Source of the DNA: an uncultured bacterium
GTDB taxonomy: Bacteria > Zixibacteria > MSB-5A5 > GN15 > FEB-12
Assembly: GCA_965372795.1 (NCBI GenBank)
Contig: CBDVDR010000002.1
Span: 32,001 to 96,000, forward strand
Direction of reading: 5' to 3'
DNA length: 64,000 bases
Shown: piece by piece, positions 58,501-64,000 of the stretch
Layout: every line of letters starts with the position of its first letter
How positions within the stretch are numbered: position 1 is the stretch's first letter
The notes under the pieces: generated by a model
Database searches by the model: none
The model's input: the letters and a program-made list of their open reading frames with translations, nothing else
What the model was told of the DNA's origin: nothing
Position numbers and translations under genes: made by a program

Positions 58501-60572
58501 GCAGGATGTTCAAATGACCAATCATAAGTCATATCACACCAGGCATCGCTGATAGAAACATTGGAACGACCGGTACGAGCATAGTTGCCCATATAGGTAG
58601 ACCAATCATCATCAACGCCAGGTAAACAAGTAAATTCACTGAAAGGAATACAACACTGACGTGCAGTAATATCCAATGAAGGTGCGTCCCAGCCAAATGG
58701 GTTGACTAACCAACCGCCAAAGGCAGGAGCATGTGCATATACAGCATTACTTGAACCAAAATCAGTATCCATACCTAAGCGGATACCTTCATCTCTAATG
58801 GCAGCCAATGGCTCAACACCAATAAAGAAGTTGCCTGTAATAGGCAGATTTGGAACAGAAACAACAACCTGGAACCAACCATAAAAATCTGTTCCTGTAT
58901 AGCCTGCTGCAGCATAGTCAGCCGGTGTGAGGACGATTTGATGAAGTAGGGCTCCACCATCTGGATTTGTAGTAATATTCAGATTGGTGTTGTGTGTATA
59001 CATTAAAGGACGAACATCATCGAAATCAGGATGTCTGTAGAACCAGACACCGATTTCGGTCAAATTACAAGCTTCACCGGTACCGGCAGAAAATTCCTGA
59101 GCCCACTGAAGAATTGGGTTAGCATCAGGAATAGGATATACAGTACCAGCAGCGGTTGTATTGTTCTGGTTATTACATAATGCAAATTCATCTAAACATA
59201 GATTAGCATTAATTAAGAAGTTTTCACCATACCACCAGTCACCCATGTCATACCAATCAGAGCCGACCCAGCCTGGATCACCAGAACCGAATGAACGACC
59301 GAGATAGTTTTCACCATCATCAGCAAGCAAGTACTCAAAGTCTAAACCAAAGGCACCACTTGTTGAAAATGCGACATGGAAGTCATCTTCGAAAACCAGA
59401 CCAAAGCCTGAGAAATCAAAGTTGACCATTGAAGGGAAGAATGGATAGGTTCCACCGGCTACAGTAACTGTAGCAATCGGGGCACCTGGATAACCTGTGC
59501 CATCGTCTGCATAGACTGTGGCATAAAGATCATCATTACCGACCATACCAGGATCTTCGAACCAACCAGGTTCCAGGAATCCGGTAAAGTCATAAACAGC
59601 GATATCAACAGAAACTAAAGTTTCTGGACCACTTACGGAGAAACGCTGCGCATAGGCAGAGTCACCGTAGATGTAATGAGGAGCTGCACGCAGATAATAT
59701 GCCACACCATTGTGGTATTGCTGTGTGTAACAACTCGAAAATGGGATTTCAGTGCAACATTCTTCAGCATCGATCATCATTGAGTATTCTGCATCGTATG
59801 CTTCAAAAAATGTTTCCCATGTACCTAGATAACTTTCACCTGAACGACCTTCGCCAATATAATCATTGACACCGTCATCAGAGAACATTGAAAGTACGTC
59901 AGTACCTGCACCACTATTATCGATTATCGTCCACCCAATATGGTACTCTTCACCATCAGAAAACACTAAGCCGTCAGCTGTGAAGTCAGCTGTTACGGTG
60001 AACACAACGCCCTGGGCGGTGAGTTCTGCATCGATGGTTGCCCATGGAATAACCACGGAAGCAAGTTCTGTACCTGGATATCCAAAGCCATCAGTGTCCC
60101 AAACGATTACCCGCATGTCTGGATTACCGACGATTCCAGGATCTCCCCCGGATGTAACGCCGCCAAACATTGTCAGGTGAGCATATTCGAGAGCACAGTC
60201 TGAACCTTCATCAGAGGTAAAGCGAGTATTATAAAAATCATCGCCGTACCCATCTGGAATAAACCAAATGTAATAAGGTGCAGCAGGACCATAGTAGTTT
60301 TTTAAACCACAGCCGGTTGCTGAAGGGATTGAAGGCATGACTACGCCGTCGGCCAATTTGGCCACTTCACTGAAAGGCTTTTTGTTTGCAGAAACAGCCG
60401 ACTGAACACTACCATACGCATCAACTGAATTAGTTTTACGCGCATCAAGTTTCGCCGGTGCGGCTTTTACAGATTGGTCTACCATATTTGGCAGAAGGTC
60501 TGCAAAGGCGGTTCCGCTAAAAGCCAAAATTAGACTTAAAACAAATACTGCTGTTAACAGTCTTTTAAGCAT
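55563..60572 (-). CDS. Large secreted protein: three N-terminal beta-sandwich repeats, PQQ-like beta-propeller, Ig domain and C-terminal dockerin-like domain
   Basis: AAGGAGG RBS, signal peptide; DWSTYMGNYARTG, DLATGAMVW, DAATGVINW; GRGDVDNSGSITLGDIIYL...GDVNNDSAVDGGDVTFLIDYYF. Confidence 0.85.
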   Translation of the reverse strand: MLKRLLTAVFVLSLILAFSGTAFADLLPNMVDQSVKAAPAKLDARKTNSVDAYGSVQSAVSANKKPFSEVAKLADGVVMPSIPSATGCGLKNYYGPAAPYYIWFIPDGYGDDFYNTRFTSDEGSDCALEYAHLTMFGGVTSGGDPGIVGNPDMRVIVWDTDGFGYPGTELASVVIPWATIDAELTAQGVVFTVTADFTADGLVFSDGEEYHIGWTIIDNSGAGTDVLSMFSDDGVNDYIGEGRSGESYLGTWETFFEAYDAEYSMMIDAEECCTEIPFSSCYTQQYHNGVAYYLRAAPHYIYGDSAYAQRFSVSGPETLVSVDIAVYDFTGFLEPGWFEDPGMVGNDDLYATVYADDGTGYPGAPIATVTVAGGTYPFFPSMVNFDFSGFGLVFEDDFHVAFSTSGAFGLDFEYLLADDGENYLGRSFGSGDPGWVGSDWYDMGDWWYGENFLINANLCLDEFALCNNQNNTTAAGTVYPIPDANPILQWAQEFSAGTGEACNLTEIGVWFYRHPDFDDVRPLMYTHNTNLNITTNPDGGALLHQIVLTPADYAAAGYTGTDFYGWFQVVVSVPNLPITGNFFIGVEPLAAIRDEGIRLGMDTDFGSSNAVYAHAPAFGGWLVNPFGWDAPSLDITARQCCIPFSEFTCLPGVDDDWSTYMGNYARTGRSNVSISDAWCDMTYDWSFEHPAQGATFTGPTVYGDYIIQAFEVEIMVFDRASGSPLYTISTGPPIMGAGIRTLVTAADIGLAEGPVFFVSGGDQQAVSCWDLATGAMVWTRDINTHGFAGLFGVVRYMPSIILDIAGEQVLYYTTEAGNVVALEATTGEVFTGWAVNPVALGQNCNKSGSTDGVSIFVGTYSAAAEGDIYSIDAATGVINWQLSAAGGLQATTIYGVDYDGGDEGFEGAAAYYMGNLYANSRCFGEHPVDGVFYRIDASNGQLIDGTASQSARPLTQSVTADINRCYVPTTSRWITHGVAGGASVIAFNRHSGAADFGLSGPTRGRIYGADLVLSCEPDGVADLLYTFDEDGFLICYNAEDGTPVYRRRIDNGGFPNSLGGTGALVADGTGAPQLVYATFYGNLISMSKGEDRARMEFYTYSPGGPIEFGALPSLIADLGPLFTNTGCTDLEMIDVIVNDETNGHTNPGFSAISNDDLNRVSSIANSMVDIGFVKAYASVEISDGIDVRANNVETNPAVSAFPTFINGIISPVSGQFVAPGEDVNLVVDVIQSAIFRGPQRFFIEFETNDPDFFLNDPTALPEVEVTLTGGCLIDTTRLLFGVGGANIQLATNTGRLGDGDWVPHGFEIDGDAGSYYQGSYLYGVSQHRVATHTNDWSGTNDALVSMQPDPNYCDNECTPALQAGVDVGAMWDGSGYAPMVGNIVCRSYLDSVQNFDDGTGTWDWTAYGAPFDNDSTMGLYVNARTIGVLDVPELANMTLEIMDITERNGNAVPGWRLAHFFDCDLGSDTVGIDQSFSAGWALDGGNSAAWGSIKIPFGECDGTPLINVVGLQGYGGFWEWPVYMDSAYGYCNLGPGDQTTEQMSDGDQQIHISIDAHDFAPNETYTVGVATFHIAGMADALVGAEIGPLAHMVNKWAGFGRGDVDNSGSITLGDIIYLAAYVNAGGNGPIPFEHLGDVNNDSAVDGGDVTFLIDYYFNCGACPAGDWVL

Positions 60573-61084
60573 TTATTTCCTCCTTAAAATAAGGAACATA
60601 TGAACATCGTTTGACCTTCGTTTTGCAATATACCGGACACAAGGTCATGAGGCATACCGCAGATTTCACGGAGTGTCTAGGGAAATGTGAAATATAAACA
60701 ATTGTCGACGAATTCATTTTCTTCCTATCTTTGGAGATGGAGTTTATAAATTGCTGAAAAACCCCAGAATAGTTGTATCATTATTTAAACGAGCTTCTGA
60801 ACTCTAACACTTATCAGTTAAATTGACTTAGTTTCCTCCTGTTTTTAAACAGACATGAATAGATTGGAAAAAAGGAAGCTGCGGAATAATATAGAAGATT
60901 GGTTTCAAATTCAGTCCGAAATAAATCTCAGACCTACATTGAAGTTATAATTACCCGTCAATTAAGGCAGGTTGAATCTTTAACATTATTTAGCAAATAA
61001 AAAAGGTATTAGGACAAGGACAAGCATCTTGAGTCATATTGTGGCTCTCAGACTCGATTGACGCCTATCATGCGCTCTGAAACT

Positions 61085-61112
61085 AAAGTAACTAATAATG
61101 TCTATTTGTCAA
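61085..61112 (-). promoter_or_regulatory. Sigma70-like promoter TTGACA-N16-TACTTT
   Basis: Minus-strand match about 510 nt upstream of the 1669-aa gene start. Confidence 0.45.
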
Positions 61113-61267
61113 GAGGAAAATACAGGAAAAGGTGTATATAATGTATACAGTACTTTATGCATCCCTATTAATACCTCAGAGATGGATGCCGGTATCACAT
61201 ATTTTGGTTCTAAGTCAAAAGGATGCAATAATTTCTTGACGGAAGGACTAAATAATAATTCATTCTA

Positions 61268-63679
61268 TTGATGAGGCTTATATCATTAAAAATTTCAAAT
61301 TTCAGAGTTATCAAGGATGCCCACCTTGAATTCCCTGATAAAGTTATCGGGATTATCGGACCCAACGGCGCCGGAAAATCCTCTATAATAGAGGCGATAG
61401 CCTGGGCGTTATATGGCAATCAGGCCGCCAGATCCGGTAAAGATGAAATCAAATCAAACTTCGAAAGCAAATCTTCAATTTGTCAGGTGGACCTGACTTT
61501 TACTATTAATGAAGAGAAATTCCGGGTAATCAGACGGATTACCGGAAAAACCGACCGGGTCGAAGTTGAGCTGTACCGCGGGGATGCATCCGAATCGGTC
61601 GGCGTTAGCGAGACCAAAAATTATATCGGTGAATTGCTGGGGCTGGATTGGAGCGGGTTTAAGAGTTCATTTCTTGCCCGGCAACAGGAATTAAATGCTC
61701 TGTCAGATTTACAGCCTTCCAAAAGAAAAGATCATTTAGCCGGGATGCTTGGAATTGAGAAGCTTGATAAAGCTATGCAATATGCCAAACAGGACACAAA
61801 ACTGTATGCCAACCAAACAGAATTTCTTGAACGACAGCTTTTGTCAGCGAGCCAAATAGAAGCTTCTATAAAAGAACTGTCCCAAAGAATAGTTGAAGCC
61901 GCCCAAAATGAGGCAAAAGGGAAATCTAAATTTGAAGTGATTGAGAAAGTCTTTAAAGAGACCTCGGCGAATTTTGTAGAACAACAAGCCCGGAAAAACA
62001 AATGGGTGCATTTTACGGCGAATCTTGATTCATCCCAAAAATCAATCGAACTGTTCAAAAATAGGCAAATTACAAACCGGTCCGAATTTGATGAACTTCA
62101 AATACTCCAAAAAGAAAAAGAAGCAATATCTCATAAATTAAAAAATCATCAAAGTCTGATCGACGAATTTGAACAGCTCAAAGAGATTCGCAGTAAAGTT
62201 GAATATCTAAATCAGCTGAAAAATCAAAAGAAAACTCTGCTCCATGATATTGCTGAGCTTCAAAATAAAGATTCGAAAACAACAGACACTATATCATTAA
62301 AGCAAACCGAGTCGAAGAAAATTCCAGATGATATTGATTCTCAATTAAAAGAACATAAACATGAGCTTGAATTAACCCGTGAGAAATATTCTGAGTCCAA
62401 AGCTGATTTTGATTCATTCAACCGGGAATTAGCAAAACTTCAAAAACAACTGGGTTCTATTGGTGAACTTGGTTCCGAAACGATTTGTGACCGCTGTTTG
62501 AGACCGTTGGGAAACGATCTGCCTTCTATTAAGAAGCATCTGGAAACAGAATTAGAACTTATATTGAGTCAAAAGAGAGCAGCCGAAGCAAAGCTTGAGA
62601 AAAATAAAATTGCCGGAATCGCTTTAAAAGAGAAGTTGCTGGCTATTGAAAAAGATTTTGAATTGAAAAAAAGGCTGGCACATGAGCTGGAAGCGCTTGC
62701 CAAAGAAAAAGAAATATTTGAGCTGAATCTCAAAAACCTGAACCTCAGATTAAAAGAGATTGACGGTAAATTATCATCTGAGAAAGATGTTTCCTTTAAT
62801 GAAGCTGTTTTTGCGGAGCTGCAAACAAAAGTAGAACAAGCCCAAAAGAACCAGTTGCGGTTGAAACAGGTCGAGGGCTCATTAGAACGGCTGCCCAAGT
62901 TAACCGAAGAGATCAAAGAGACAGAGCTAAAAATTGCGGAATTTCAAAAACAAGTTGAAGCTGTACATAAACAAATTGATGATCTCGGTTTTTCAGAAAA
63001 AGGATTTACAGAACTTCACCAGTTATTTGAGGAAAAACAGGTTGAGTTTGAAAATTCGCGTGAAGAGTATCGCCAGTCCCAGAATGTGCATCTTTTGGTC
63101 AAGAAAGAACTTGAAGGCAAATTAGAGCAAAAAGAGACTTTGAAAAAATCCGAGGATGAACTTGAGGAAACCAGAACAGCCCGGTACCATACCGAAAAAC
63201 TGGCTTCGCTTTTTTCAGAGTATCGGTCTCATTTGATCTCACGAATTCGTCCGACTTTGTCGGATCTTTCGGGTCGCTTGATTGCTGAGATGACCGCCGG
63301 CAAATATAATATGGTTGAACTTGATGAGAAATATAATCTGCGGATTCTTGACTATGGCGATTATTTCGGGGTCGAAAGATTTTCCGGAGGTGAAAAGGAC
63401 TTAGCCAATTTATGTTTGCGACTTGCCATCTCGCTGTCTTTAACCGAAGCGGCCGGAATGGCGAGGTCGTTTATAATTCTTGATGAAGTTTTCGGTTCAC
63501 AGGACAGCAGCCGGCGGGAACTGATTGTTCAATCATTAGGGAATTTAAAAAACAGATTCCCCCAGATTCTGCTTATTTCTCATTTGGAAGATATTAAAGA
63601 TAAAGTGGAAATGTTAATCGAGGTGACTCCAACAGCAGCAGGCTATTCAGAGGTGAGGGTGAATGAAGAAATCACGTAA
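61268..63679 (+). CDS. sbcC: SbcC/Rad50-like SMC-family ATPase
   Basis: GPNGAGKSS, ARQQE Q-loop, coiled coils with central zinc-hook CDRC, FSGGEK, ILDEVFGSQD, ISH. Confidence 0.85.
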   Translation: MMRLISLKISNFRVIKDAHLEFPDKVIGIIGPNGAGKSSIIEAIAWALYGNQAARSGKDEIKSNFESKSSICQVDLTFTINEEKFRVIRRITGKTDRVEVELYRGDASESVGVSETKNYIGELLGLDWSGFKSSFLARQQELNALSDLQPSKRKDHLAGMLGIEKLDKAMQYAKQDTKLYANQTEFLERQLLSASQIEASIKELSQRIVEAAQNEAKGKSKFEVIEKVFKETSANFVEQQARKNKWVHFTANLDSSQKSIELFKNRQITNRSEFDELQILQKEKEAISHKLKNHQSLIDEFEQLKEIRSKVEYLNQLKNQKKTLLHDIAELQNKDSKTTDTISLKQTESKKIPDDIDSQLKEHKHELELTREKYSESKADFDSFNRELAKLQKQLGSIGELGSETICDRCLRPLGNDLPSIKKHLETELELILSQKRAAEAKLEKNKIAGIALKEKLLAIEKDFELKKRLAHELEALAKEKEIFELNLKNLNLRLKEIDGKLSSEKDVSFNEAVFAELQTKVEQAQKNQLRLKQVEGSLERLPKLTEEIKETELKIAEFQKQVEAVHKQIDDLGFSEKGFTELHQLFEEKQVEFENSREEYRQSQNVHLLVKKELEGKLEQKETLKKSEDELEETRTARYHTEKLASLFSEYRSHLISRIRPTLSDLSGRLIAEMTAGKYNMVELDEKYNLRILDYGDYFGVERFSGGEKDLANLCLRLAISLSLTEAAGMARSFIILDEVFGSQDSSRRELIVQSLGNLKNRFPQILLISHLEDIKDKVEMLIEVTPTAAGYSEVRVNEEIT

Positions 63680-64000
63680 TCGTTATAAATCAGCTTTCAA
63701 GGCGTTTGTTGTAATCGCTCTGATTGTAATATTATACCAGATCCGGTTTACCGATGAAGTCGAGATCGACAAATCTCCTTTGGACCGGTTTGTAATTGTC
63801 AGGGTTATTGATGGCGATACGATAGAATTAAAAGGCGGGGACAAGCTCAGGCTGTTGGCGGTTGATACTCCTGAAAAAGGTGAGCCGTATTATAAAGAAG
63901 CCAAGCAATTTCTTGAGGAACTGACGCTGGGTAAAGTTGCTGAGATAAAATATTCACTTCGCCGCCGGGATAAGTATGGACGATTGTTAGGGTACCTGTT
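63663..64000 (+). CDS. Thermonuclease (SNase-like) with N-terminal membrane anchor; truncated by window end
   Basis: Hand-translated: MKKSRNRYKSAFKAFVVIALIVILY...RVIDGDTIEL...RLLAVDTPE...DKYGRLLGYL. Confidence 0.9.
   Translation, partial: MKKSRNRYKSAFKAFVVIALIVILYQIRFTDEVEIDKSPLDRFVIVRVIDGDTIELKGGDKLRLLAVDTPEKGEPYYKEAKQFLEELTLGKVAEIKYSLRRRDKYGRLLGYL

Noticed and set aside
1696..63125. Many short (60-160 aa) alternative-frame or antisense ORFs in the track
   Set aside because: They overlap well-supported genes and show no recognisable motifs.

Overview
Bacterial chromosomal window, AT-rich by eye. C-terminal dockerin-like domains, a YPNPFNP-type C-terminal sorting domain, a PEP-CTERM protein and abundant multiheme cytochromes suggest an FCB-related lineage such as candidate Zixibacteria (inference only). 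It has four blocks. (1) 1-23.7 kb: a large multiheme c-type cytochrome island of 9 cytochromes with about 80 heme motifs. It includes two OmcE-like tetrahemes and an OmcE-like decaheme, a putative outer-membrane beta-barrel, four NHL propeller proteins, a Cys-less thioredoxin-TPR protein and a 96-aa-repeat surface protein. Three of its promoters carry the same Rex/CRP-like operator over the -10 box. (2) 24.1-35.9 kb: a GTP cyclohydrolase I / triple-domain PTPS / sepiapterin-reductase-like (BH4) operon converging on a Phe/Tyr-homogentisate catabolic cluster. (3) 36.4-49.2 kb: a phage head-only module (portal, TerL with an apparent ATA start, prohead protease, capsid, adaptor). It has no recognisable integrase, replication, tail or endolysin genes, is interrupted by host-type genes and ends in signal-peptide proteins, so it is a candidate domesticated or GTA-like particle system. 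(4) 49.6-64 kb: dockerin-bearing secreted proteins, lipA, a REC-HD-GYP protein, a site-2 protease, an SbcC-like ATPase and a partial thermonuclease. No rRNA, tRNA or CRISPR array was recognised. All family assignments come from motif recognition, not database searches.
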